Of a DNA stretch of 64,000 nucleotides, positions 41,898 to 53,929 are shown in pieces. How positions within the stretch are numbered: the stretch's first letter is position 1; each line of letters opens with the position of its first letter. A model generated the notes under the pieces. The model did no database searches, was not told the DNA's origin, and saw only the letters and a list, made by a program, of their open reading frames with translations. Location: positions 62,001-126,000 of the forward strand of contig JAXLNO010000338.1 in the NCBI GenBank assembly GCA_038087875.1. The letters are read 5' to 3'. The stretch is from Malacoraja senta (taxonomy: Eukaryota). A program made the position numbers and the translations under genes.

Positions 41898-43782
41898 ACT
41901 TTTTTCGACCTGAAACGTCCGGTGGTGATCACCTGCGATGCCTCGAAATTCGGGTTCGGCGCAGCCTTCCTGCAACCGTCTGATGATGGTACCATACTAC
42001 CCGTCGCGTATGCCTCTCGCACCATGACCGACACGGAGCAGCACTACGTGCAAATCGAAAAGGAACTGCTGGCGGTCGTCTTTGCCTGCTCCAAATTCCA
42101 CGACTTCGTCTATGGCAACACGTTCATGGTTGAGACGGACCACCAACCACTGGTGACAATCTTGAACAAGCCTATCCACGCCACCCCAGCTCGTTTGCAG
42201 CGCATGAAGATGCAGCTGCAGCGGTACGACCTCCATTACCCACAAAAAGGGCAAGGACATGCATGTTGCTGACACACTCTCTCGTGCCCCTAAAACATCT
42301 TGCGAACAACACCCACACAAACAGGAGAATTTCACGGTTCTCGGTGTCGGTCTAATTTCCAGCAAGCAACTGCGCACCCTGGCCGCGTACACTGCTAAGG
42401 ATGATACGCTTCAAGCCCTCTCGTCCGTCATCAAAACAGGCTGGCCAGGCAAACAGTCCAACACGCCCACTGAGGTGCAGCCGTACTTCTTGGTCCGCGA
42501 TGAACTGGTGGTTCAGGATGGTGTGGTCGTCAAAGGCCACAAGGTAGTTGTACCTGCATCGCTACAAGACGAATACTTCAAAGAGGTACACAGCGGTCAC
42601 CCAGGAGCCGACTCCACGCTGGCACGCGCCCGGAATCTGTTCTACTGGCCAGGAATGGCCACGTACATCCGGGACCGCGTAGCCTCCTGCCCAACTTGCA
42701 ACAATCTTGCACCTCATCAGCAGCGGCAACCCCTTCTGCAACAAACTCTACCAGCACTGTCACGGTCGTCGCTGGCTGCGGACATTTTCGAATGGTGCGG
42801 TAAGCACTACGTCGTTCTGGTCGACTCGTACTCCAACTGGTTTGAACTTGACCAACTTACCCTCACGTCGGAGATGGTCATCAGGAAGCTGAAAAGACAT
42901 TTCTCAGATCATGGCATTCCTGTTATTCTGAGAACCGACAATGGTCCACAGTTCACCAGCCACTTGTTCAAGCTTTTCGCCGACCGATGGAACTTCCAGC
43001 ACGTCACAAGCAGTCCCGAGTATCCACAGAGTAATGGACTCGCTGAACACGCTGTCAGAAGCGCGAAGCACTTGCTGGAGGGAGCGCGCATTTCAAAGTC
43101 TGACGTCTATCTCTATCTCGATCTCCTGAATATCAGAAACATTGCAAGAGACGGAATCTTGGGGTCACCAGCACAGCGACTGCTGTCGAGGGTGACGAGG
43201 TCTCCGGTCTCCATCGCACAACAGCAGCTGGTCCCTCGGGTGTTGAAGCCCGCCAATATCCAGCAACGTCTCCAAGAGAAGCACGATACCCAGAAACGGT
43301 CATACGACAGTTCCAGCAGACCACTCCAGCCTCTACTGCCGGGCCAGGTCGTCCGTCTACGAACTCCAACTGGCCATTCTCGTCTGGGCGTTGTTGTGCG
43401 CCCGACTGATGAGCCGCGATCGTACCTTGTGGGCTGCGAGGGAGCGGTTTACCGGAGAAGTCGTCAACACCTGCTTGCTGTGAAGGAGCCCCGACCGCCG
43501 CCTGCCGATCCATATGCTCCGCCGCTCCAGTTCCAGCCGCCTTCCGCAATGTCTCCCGCCCGTCACCGCATGCCTGGCACTCCCCCACGTCCATCTGTCT
43601 CCACTAACCACGGGGTTTCACCCACCGCATGTTTCCCCCATCGGTCACCACAATCCTCTCCCGTGCGGTTTTCACCTTCAGCCTCTCCGCCTCATCCTTC
43701 TGTTGAGGGAGTGGATGGTTGGGTCCGCACGCATTCGGGCCGTGTTAGTAGACCACCAGACAGGTATGGCGAGTATGTTTAA
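41898..43782 (+). pseudogene. Gypsy pol remnant: RNase H and integrase
   Basis: RNase H motifs TCDASKFGFGA, YASRT, QIEKELLAVVF, ETDHQPL; frameshift near 42233; integrase HHCC (HSGHPG...CPTC), catalytic core (DIF, TDNGPQF, SNGLAE) and C-terminal RTHSGRVSRPPDRY. Confidence 0.95.
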
Positions 43783-43798
43783 TATGCTTTTAATCTTT

Positions 43799-43809
43799 AG
43801 GGGGAAGGA
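43799..43809 (+). promoter_or_regulatory. Polypurine tract (PPT)
   Basis: AGGGGGAAGGA immediately precedes the TG of the 3' LTR. Confidence 0.9.
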
Positions 43810-44015
43810 TGTAGTTTGATGATGCATGTGAATCAATCACACTTAGCTAGCATCACTAACTCCACCCCATTATAACATTTATACTAACGCCCATTCCCAG
43901 CACCGTTAGTTGAAGCAGCCAGGATGAACTGACAACACCTCGCTCTGTAATGCTGCCAAGTTAATGTGCTGATTAAAGATGTGTGTAAATCTTATATGCT
44001 TTGAAGTGATTTACA
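43810..44015 (+). repeat. 3' LTR of the Gypsy element
   Basis: TGTAGTTTG...GATTTACA, 206 bp, followed by the TSD GCCAC and the satellite in register. Confidence 0.97.
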
Positions 44016-47000
44016 GCCACAAATGCGGCAAGGTCGACATATTTCCGGCAAGGTCGCCATATTTCCGGCAAGGTCGCCATATTTCCGGCAAGGTCGCCAT
44101 AAATCCGGCAAGGTAGCCACAAATCCCGCAAGGTCGCCACAAATACGGAAAGGTCGCCATAAATCCGGCAAGGTCGCCACAAATCCGACAAGGTCGCCAT
44201 AAATCCGGCAAGGTCACCACATCCCCGGCAAGGTCGCCATAAATCCGGCAAGGTCGCCACAAATCCGGCAAGGCCGCCACATTCCCGGCAAGGTCGCCAT
44301 AAATCCGGCAAGGTCGCCACAAATCCGGCAAATTCGCCACATTTCCGGAGAGGTCGCCATACATCCGGCAAAGTCGCCAAAAATCCGGCAAGACCGCAAA
44401 ATTCCCGTCGAGGTCGCCATAAATCCGGCATGGTCGCCACATATCCCGCAAGATGGCCACATTCACGGCGAGGTCGCCAACAATCCGGCAAGGTCGCCAC
44501 AAATCCGGGAAGGTCGCCATATTTCCGGCCAGGACTCCATAAATCCGGCAAGGTCGCCACAAATGCGTCAAGGTCTCCATATTCCCGGCAAGGCCGCCAT
44601 AAATCCGACAAGGACGCCACAAATCCGGCAAGGTCGCCATATTTCCGGCATGTTCGCCGTAATTCCGGCAAAGTCGCCACAAATCCGGCAAGGTCGCCAT
44701 ATTTCCGGCATGGTCGCCATAAATCCGGCAAGGTGGCCACAAATCAGGGAAGGTCGCCACATTTCAGGCAAGGTCGCCATTAATCCGGCTAGGTCGCCAC
44801 AAATCCGGCAAGGTCGCCACATTTCCGGCAAGGGCCCCACATTTCCGGCAAGGTCGCCTTAAACCCGGCAAGGTCGCCACAAATCCGGCAAGGTCGCCAC
44901 ATTTCCTGCAATGTCGCCATATTTCCGACAAGGTCACCATTAATCCGGCAAGGTCGCCACAAATGCGGCAAGGTCGCCATAAATCCGGCAAGGTCGCCAT
45001 ATTACCGGCAAGGTCGCCATAAATCCGGCGAGGTCGCCATATTTCCGGCGAGGTCGCCATAAATCCGGCAAGGTCGCCTTAATTCCGGCGATGTCGCCAT
45101 ATTCCCGGCAAAGTCGCCATAAATCCGGCAAGTTTGCCATAAATCTGCAAAGTCGCCAAAACTCTGGCAAGGTCGCCGTATTTCCGGCACGGTCCCCATA
45201 AATCCGGCTAGGGCGCCATAAATCCGGCCAGGTCGCCATATTTCCGGCAAGGTCGCGTGAAATCCGGAAAGGTCGCCACATTTCCGGCAAGGTCGCCATA
45301 GATCCGGCAAGGTCGCCACAAATCCGGCAATGTCGCAACATTTCGGCAATATCGCCAGAAATCCGGCATCGTCGCCACAAATCCGGCAAGGTCGCCACAT
45401 TTCCGGCAAGGTCGCCATGAATCCGTCAAGGTCGTCACAAGTCCGGCAAGGTCGCCACATTTCCGGCATGGTCGCCATGAATCTGGCAAGGTCGCCACAA
45501 ATCCCACAAGGTTGCCATAAATCCGGCAAGGTCGCCACAAATCCGGCAATGTCGCCACAAATCCGGCAAGGTCGCCACATTTCCGGCAAGGTCGCCATTA
45601 ATCCGGGAAGGTCGCCACAAATCCGTCAAGGTCGCCACATTTCCGGCAAGGTCGCCATAAATCCGTGAAGGTCACCACAAATCCAGCAGGGTCGCCACAT
45701 TTCCGGCAAGGTCCCCACATTTCCGGCAAGGTCGCCATAAACCCGGCAAGGTCCCCACAAATCCGGCAAGGTCGCCACATTTCCGGCAATGTCGCCATAT
45801 TTCCGACAAGGTCACCATTAATCCGGCAAGGTCGCCACAAATGCGGCAAGGTCGCCATATTACCGGCAAGGTCGCCATAAATCCGGCGAGGTCGCCATAT
45901 TTCCGGCGAGATCGCCATAAATCCGGCAAGGTCGCCATAATTCCGGCGATGTCGCCATATTCCCGGCAAAGTCGCCATAAATCCGGCAAGTTTGCCATAA
46001 ATCTGCAAAGTCGCCAAAACTCCGGCAAGGTCGCCGTATTTCCGGCACGGTCGCCATAAATCCGGCTAGGACGCCATAAATCCGGCAAGGTCGCCATATT
46101 TCCGGCAAGGTCGCGTGAAATCCGGAAAGGTGGCCACATTCCCGGCAAGGTTGCCATAGATCCGGGAAGGTCGCCACAAATCCGGCAATGTCGCCACATT
46201 TCGGCAAGATCGCCAGAAATCCGGCATCGTCGCCACAAATCCGGCAAGGTCGCCACATTTCCGGCATGTTCGCCATGAATCCGGCAAGGTCACCACAAAT
46301 CCCACAAGGTTGCCATAAATCCGGCAAGGTCGCCACAAATCCGGCAAGGTCGCCATAAATCCGGCAAGGTCGCCATAAATACGGCAAGGTCGCCACAATT
46401 CCGGAAAGGTCGCCATAAATCCGGCAAGGTCGCCACAAATCCATCAAGGTCGCCACATTTCAGGCAAGGTCGCCATAAATCGGGCAAGGTCGGCACAAAT
46501 CCGGCAAGGTCGCCACATTTTCGGCAAGGTCGCCATTAATCCGGTAATGTCGCCATAAATCCGGCAAGGTCGCCACATTCCTGGCAAGGTCGCTATAAGT
46601 CCGGCAAGGTCGCCGCAAATCCGGCAAGGTCGCCACATTTCCGGCAAGGTCGCCATAAATCCGGCAAGTTCGCCACAATTCCAGCAAGGTCGCCACAAAT
46701 GCGGCAAGGTCACCACATTTCCGGCAAGGTCGCCATAAATCCGGCAAGTTCGCCACAGATCCGACAAGGTCGCCATAAATCCGGCAAGGTCGCCACATTT
46801 CCGGCAAGATCGCCATAAATCCGGCAAGGTCGACACAAATCCGCCAAATTCACCACATTTCCGGCAAGGTCGCCATAAATCCGGCAAGGTCGACAAAAAT
46901 CCGGCAAGGCCGCCACATTTCCGGCAAGGTCGCCATATTTCCGGCAAGGTCACCATAAATCCGGCAAGGTAGCCACAAATACTGCAAGGTCGCCACAAAT

Positions 47001-50000
47001 CCGGCAAAGTTGCCATATTTCCGGCTAGGTCGCCATAAATCCGGCAAGGTCGCCACATATCCGGCAAGGTCGCAAAGTTTCCGGCAAGGTCGCCATAAAT
47101 CCGGCAAGGTCGCCCCAAATCCGGCAAGGTCGCCATATTGCGGGCAAGGTCACCATAAATCCGACAAGGTCGCCACAAATCCGGCAAGGTCGCCACATTA
47201 CCGGCAAGGTCGCCATAAACCCGGCAAGGTCGCCACAAACAAGGCAAGGTCGCCACATTTCCGGCGAGGTCGCCATAAACCCGGCAAGGTCGCCACAAAC
47301 CAGGCAAGATCGCAACATTTCCGTCGAGGTCGCCATAAATCCGGCAAGGTCGCCACATGTCCGGCAAGATGGCCACATTCCCGGCGAGGTCGACAACAAT
47401 CCGGCAAGGTCGCCACAAATCCGGAAAGGTCGCCATACTTCCGGCATGGTCGCCATATATCCGGCAAGGTCGCCACGAATCCCACAAGGTCGCCATAAAT
47501 CCGGCAAGGTCGCCACAAATCCGGCAAAGTCGCCACAAATCCGGCAAGGTCGCCACATTTTCGGAAAGGTCGCCATTAATCCGGTAATGTCGCCATAAAT
47601 CCGGCAAGGTCGCCGCATTCCTGGCAAGGTCGCCATAAGTCCGGCAAGGTCGCCGCAAATCCGGCAATGTCGCCACATTTCCGGCAAGGTCGCCATAAAT
47701 CCGGCAAGTTCGCCACAAATCCAGCAAGGTCGCCACAAATGCGGCAAGGTCGCCACATTTCCGGCAAGGTCGCCATAAATCCGGCAAGTTCGCCACAGAT
47801 CCGACAAGGTCGCCATAAATCCGGCAAGGTCGCCACATTTCCGGCAAGATCGCCATAAATCCGGCAAGGTCGACACAAATCCGCCAAGTTCACCACATTT
47901 CCGGCAAGGTCGCCATAAATCCGGCAAGGTCGACAAAAATCCGGCAAGGTCGCCACATTTCCGGCAAGGTCGCCATATTTCCGGCAATGTCACCATAAAT
48001 CCGGCAAGGTCGCCACAAATACTGCAAGGTCGCCACAAATCCGGCAAAGTTGCCATATTTCCGGCTAGGTCGCCATAAATCAGGCAAGGTGGCCACAAAT
48101 CCGGCAAGGTCGCAATATTTCCGGCAAGGTCGCCATAAATCCGGCAAGGTCGCCCCAAATCCGGCAAGGTCGCCATATTGCGGGCAAGGTCACCATAAAT
48201 GCGACAAGGTCGCCACAAATACGGCAAGGTCGCCACATTACCGGCAAGGTCGCCATAAATCCGGCAAGGTCCCCACAAACCAGGCAAGGTCGCCACATTT
48301 CCGGCGAGGTCGCCATAAATCCGGCAAAGTCGCCAAAAATCCGGCAAAATCGCAACATTTCCGTCGAGGTCGCCATAAATCCGGCAAGGTCGCCACATGT
48401 CCGGCAAGATTGCCACATTCCCGGCGAGGTCGCCAACAATCCGGCAAAGTCGCCACAAATCCGGAAAGGTCGCCATATTTACGGCATGGTCGCCATATAT
48501 CCGGCAAGGTCGCCACGAATCCCACAAGGTCGCCATAAATCCGGCAAGGTCGCCACAAATCCGGCAAGGTCGCCACATTTGCGGCAAGGTCGCCATAAAT
48601 CCGGCAAGGTCGCCACAAATCCCGCAAAGTCGCCACATTTTCGGCAAGGTCGCCATTAATCCGGTAATGTCGCCATTAATGCGGCAAGGTCGCCACATTC
48701 CTGGCAAGGTCGCCATAAGTCCGGCAAGGTCGCCGCAAATCCGGCAAGGTCGCCACATTTCCGGCAAGGTCGCCATAAATCCGGCAAGTTCGCCATAAAT
48801 CCAGCAAGGTCGCCACAAATGCGGCAAGGTCGCCACATTTCCGGCAAGGTCGCCTAAAATCCGGCAAGTTCGCCACAGATCCGACAAGGTCGCCATAAAT
48901 CCGGCAAGGTCGCCACATTTCCGGCAAGATCGCCATAAATCCGGCAAGGTCGACACAAATCCGCCAAGTTCACTACATTTCCGGCAAGGTCTCCATAAAT
49001 CCGGCAATGTCGACAAAAATCCGGCAAGTTCGCCACATTTCCGGCAAGGTCGCCATATTTCCGGCAAGGTCACCATAAATCCGGCAAGGTCGCCACAAAT
49101 ACTGCAAGGTCGCCACAAATCCGGCAAAGTTGCCATATTTCCGGCTAGGTCGCCATAAATCCGGCAAGGTCGCCACAAATCCGGCAATGTCGCCATATTG
49201 CGGGCAAGGTCACCATAAATCCGACAAGGTCGCCACAAATCCGGCAAGGTCGCCACATTACCGGCAAGGTCGCCATAAATCCGGCAAGGTCGCCACAAAC
49301 CAGGCAAGGTCGCCACATTTCCGGTGAGGTCGCCATAAATCCGGCAAAGTCGCCAAAAATCCGGCAAGATCGCAACATTTCCGTCGAGGTCGCCATAAAT
49401 CCGGCAAGGTCGCCACATGTCCGGCAAGATGGCCACATTCCCGGCGAGGTCGCCAACGATCCGGCAAGGTCGCCACAAATCCGGAAAGGTCTCCATATTT
49501 CCGGCATGGTCGCCATATATCCCGCAAGGTCGCCACGAATCCCACAAGGTCGCCATAAATCCGGCAACGTCGCCACAAATCCGGCAAGGTCGCCACATTT
49601 GCGGCAAGGTCGCCATAAATCCGGCAAGGTCGCCACAAATACGGCAAGGTCGCCACAATTCCGGCAAGGTCGCCATAAATCCGGCAAGGTCGCCACAAAC
49701 CCGGTAAGGTCGCCACATCCCCGGCATGTCGCCATATATCCGTCAAGGTCGCCACAAATCCGGCAAGGTCGCCACATTTACGGCAAGGTCGCCATAAATC
49801 CGGCAAGTTCACCATAAATCCGGCAAGGTCGCCACAAATGCGGCAAAGTCGCCATATATCCGGCAAGGTCGCCATTAATCCGGCAAGGTCGCCACAAATA
49901 CGGCAAGGTCCTCACAAATCCGGCAAGGTTGCCATATTTCCGGCTAGGTCGCCATAAATCCGGCAAGGTCGCCACAAATCCGGCAAGGTCGCAATATTTC

Positions 50001-50719
50001 CGGCAAGGTCGCCATAAATCCGGCAAGGTCTCCCCAAATCCGGCAAGGTCGCCATATTGCCGGCAAGGTCGCCATAAATCCGACAAGGTCGCCACAAATC
50101 CGGCAAGGTCGCCACATTACCGGCAAGGTCGCCATAAATCCGGCAAGGTCGCCACAAACCAGGCAACGTCGCCACATTTGCGGCGAGGTCGCCATACATC
50201 CGGCAAAGTCGCCAAAAATCCGGCAAGACCGCAACATTCCCGTCGAGGTCGCCATAAATCCGGCAAGGTCGCCACATATCCGGCAAGATGGCCACATTCA
50301 CGGCGAGGTCGCCAACAATCCGGCAAGGTCGCCACAAATCCGGCAAGGTCGCCACATTTCCGGCAAGGTCGCCATAAATCCGGCAAGTTCACCATAAATC
50401 CGGCAAAGTCGCCACAAATGCGGCAAAGTCGCCATATATCCGGCAAGGTCGCCATTAATCCGGCAATGTCGCCACAAATACGGCAAGGTCGTCACAAATC
50501 CGGCAAGGTTGCCATATTTCCGGCTAGGTCGCCATAAATCGGGCAAGGTCGCCACAAATCCCGCAAGGTCGCAATATTTCCGGCAAGGTCGCCATAAATC
50601 CGGCAAGGTCGCCCCAAATCCGGCAAGGCCGCCATATTGCCGGCAAGGTCGCCACAAATCCGACTAGGTCGCCACAAATCCGGCAAGGTCGCCACATTAC
50701 CGGCAAGGTCGCCATAAAT
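44016..50719. repeat. 20-bp satellite array, right arm (about 335 monomers)
   Basis: Same monomer and orientation as the left arm; shares diagnostic variants such as AAGTTTGCCATAAATCTGCAAAGT. Confidence 0.99.
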
Positions 50720-50747
50720 AGATACATACATAGATACATAGAAAATA

Positions 50748-50786
50748 GGTGCAGGAGTAGGCCATTCGGCCCTTCGAGCCTGCACC
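50748..50786 (-). other. CR1 3'-tail stem-loop (putative RT recognition element)
   Basis: An outer GGTGCAGG/CCTGCACC stem encloses a GGCC-GAAT-GGCC hairpin just upstream of the tandem tail; CR1 and L2 elements characteristically end this way. Confidence 0.75.
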
Positions 50787-50819
50787 GCCATTCAATATGA
50801 TCATGGCTGATCATCCAAC

Positions 50820-53613
50820 TCAGTATCCCGGACCTGCCTTCTCTCCATACCCCCTGATCCCCTTAGCCACAAGGGCCACATCTAACTCCCTCTTAAATAT
50901 AGCCCATGAACTGGCCTCAACGACCCTCTGTGGCAGAGAGTTCCAGAGATTCACCACTCTCTGTGTGAAAACGTTTTTCCTCATCTCGGTCTTAAAGGAT
51001 TCCCCCCTTATCCTTAAGCTGTGAGCCCTTGTCCTGGACTTCCCCAACATCGGGAACAATCTTCCTGCATCTAGCCTGTCCAACCCCATAAGAATTTTGT
51101 ACGTTTCTATAAGATCCCCTCTCTTCTCCGAAATTCTAGCGAGTATAAGCCAAGTCTATCCAGTCTTTCTTCATATGAAAGTCCTGACATCCCAGGAATC
51201 AGTCTGGTGAACCTTCTCTGCACTCCCTCTATGGCTATAATGTCCTTCCTCAGATTTGGAGACCAAAACTGTACGCAATACTCCAGGTGTGGTCTCACCA
51301 AGACCCTGTACAACTGCACTAGAACCTCGCTGCTCCTATACTCAAATCCTCTTGCTACGAAGGCCAACATACCATTCGCTTTCTTCACTGCCTGCTGCAC
51401 CTGCATGCCTACTTTCAATGACTGGTGTACCATGACACCCAGGTCTTGCTGCATCTCCCCATTTCCTAATCGGCCACCATTTAGATAATAGTCTGCCTTC
51501 CCGTTTTTGCCACCAAAGTGGATAACCTCACATTTATCCACATTATACTGCATCTGCCAAACATTTGCCCACTCACCCAGCCTATCCAAGTCACCTTGCA
51601 GTCTCCTAGCATCCTCCTCACAGCTAACACTGCCCCCCAGCTTAGTGTCATCCGCAAACTTGGAGATGTTGCTTTCAATTCCCTCGTCCAGATCATTAAT
51701 ATAAATTGTAAATAGCTGGGGTCCCAGCACTGAGCCTTGCGGTACCCCACTAGTCACTGCCTGCCATTGGAAAAAGGACCCGTTTACTCCTACTCTTTGC
51801 TTCCTGTTTGCCAGCCAGTTCTCTATCCACATCAATACTGAACCCCCTATACCGTGTGATTTAAGTTTGTATCCTAATCTCTTATGTGGTACCTTGTCCA
51901 AAGCCTTCTGAAAGTCCAGATACAACACATCCACTTGTTCTCCCCTATCCACTCTACTAGTTACATTGTCGAAAAATTCTATAAGATTCGTCAGACACGA
52001 TTTACCTTTCGTAAATCCATGCTGACTTTGTCCAATGATTTCACCACTTTCCAAATGTGCTGCTATCCCATCTTTAATAACTGACTCTAGCAGTTTCCCC
52101 ACTACCGATGTTAGACTAACTGGTCTGTAATTCCCCGTTTTCTCTCTCCCTCCCTTCTTAAAAAGTGGGGTTACGTTTGCTACCCTCCAATCCTCAGGAA
52201 CTACTCCAGAATCTAAAGAGTTTTGAAAAATTAGCACTAATGCATCCACTATTTCTGGAGCTACTTCCTTAAGTACTCTGGGATGCAGCCTATCTGGCCC
52301 TGGTGATTTATCGGCCTTTTATCCATTCAATTTACCCAACACCACTTCCCGACTAACCTGGATTTCACTCAGTTCCTCCATCTCCTTTGACCCGCGGCCC
52401 CCTGCTATTTCCGACAGATTATTTATGTCTTCCTTAGTGAAGACGGAACCAAAGTAGTTATTCAATTGGTCCGCCATATCCTTGTTCCCCATGATCAATT
52501 CACCTGTTTCTGACTGCAAGGGACCTACATTTGTTTTAACTAATCTCTTTATCTTCACATATCTATAAAAACGTTTGCAGTCAGTTTTTATGTTCCCTGC
52601 CAGTTTCCTTTCATAATCTATTTTCCCTTTCCTAATTAAGCCCTTTGTCCTCCTCTGCTGGTCTCTGAATTTCTCCCAGTCCTCTGGTATGCTGCTTTTT
52701 CTGGTTAATTTGTACGCATCATCTTTTGCTTTGATACTATCCCTGATTTCCCTTGTTATCCACGGATGCACTACCTTCCCTGATTTATTCTTTTGCCAAA
52801 CTGGGATGAACAATTTTTGTAGTTCATCCATGCAGTCTTTAAATGCCTTCCATTGCATATCCACCGTCAACCCTTTTAGAACTAATTGCCAGTCAATCTT
52901 GGGCCAATTCACGTCTCATACCCTCAAAGTTACCTTTCTTTAATTTCAGAACCGTTGTTTCGGAATTAACAATGTCACTCTCCATCCTAATGAAGAACTC
53001 AACCATATTATGGTCACTCTTGCCCAAGGGGGCACGCACAACAAGTCTGCTAACTAACCCTTCCTCATTAATACCCAGTCTAGAATAGCCTGCTCTCTCG
53101 TTGGTTCCTCTACATGTTGGTTTAGATAACTATCCCTCATACATTCCAAGAAATCCTCTTCCTCAGCACCCCTGCCATTTGATTCACCCAATCTATATGT
53201 AGATTGAAGTCACCCATTATAACTGTTTTGCCTTTGTTGCACGCATTTCTAATTTCCTGTTTGATGCCATCCCCAACTTCACTACTACTGCTAGGTGGCC
53301 TGTACACAACACCCACCAGCGTTTTTTGCCCCTTAGTGTTTCGCAGCTCTACCCATACCGATTCCACATCCTCCAAGCTAATGTCCTTCCTTTCCACTGC
53401 GTTAATCTCCTCTCTAACCAGCAACGCTACCCCACCTCCTTTTCCTTTCTCTCTATCCCTCCTGAATATTGAATATCCCTGGATGTTCAGCTCCCAGCCT
53501 TGGTCACCCTGGAGCCATGTCTCCGTGATCCCAACTATATCATAATCATTAATTGCTATCTGCACGTTCAACTCATCCACCTTATTACGAATGCTCCTTG
53601 CATTGAGACACAA
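50820..53613 (-). pseudogene. CR1 ORF2 (APE endonuclease and reverse transcriptase), disrupted
   Basis: Motifs LNARSIRNK, GITETWL, GGGVALL, YRPP, MGDFN, KSPGPD, NYRPVSLTS, YLDFQKA, GVPQGSVLGP, KFADDTK, LEYCVQFWSP. There is an in-frame stop at 52319-52321 and frameshifts near 53170, 53070 and 51125. Confidence 0.95.
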
Positions 53614-53929
53614 AGCCTTAAGGCTTGTTTTTACAACGCTCTACCCCTTATACAATTATGTTGAAAAGTGGCTCTTTTTGATTTTTGCCCTGGATTTGTC
53701 TGCCTGCCACCTTTACTTTTCACCTTGCTACCTATTGCTTCCGCCCGCATTTTACACCCCTCTGTTTCTCTGCTCACCCATTTAAGAACCCCACCACCTC
53801 TTATTCTCTGTTTATTATTGTTTTCTTCTTTCCCCCCTACATGTTGGATCTGAGTGCTTTCCTTCTCTGCCTCCTGCCTCACACACTGTCTAATAGCATT
53901 GTCTATTTGAGTCCCTCCCCCCAACCATT

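Larger units (their letters stand above)
35319..44015 (+). mobile_element. Ty3/Gypsy LTR retrotransposon, internally deleted and non-autonomous (about 2.46 kb without the nested L1)
   Basis: Two 206-bp TG...CA LTRs; 5-bp TSD GCCAC at 35314-35318 and 44016-44020; PBS after the 5' LTR; PPT before the 3' LTR; RNase H and integrase remnants in Gypsy domain order. Confidence 0.97.

Noticed and set aside
42259..43782. Domesticated integrase host gene
   Set aside because: It lies between intact LTRs with a TSD and follows a frameshifted RNase H; an open frame is expected in a young insertion.
35673..43819. Antisense and alternative-frame ORFs over L1 and Gypsy, including 37301-37576
   Set aside because: They are shadows of the real TE frames or chance ORFs with no recognisable motifs.
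423..50657. Hundreds of long ORFs (up to 900 aa, MATLPDLWRPCRIYGDLAG repeats) as a novel repeat protein
   Set aside because: The 20-bp monomer lacks stops on the minus strand and cycles through all three frames, so equivalent ORFs overlap in every frame. Indels break frames freely and there are no unique N- or C-terminal domains.
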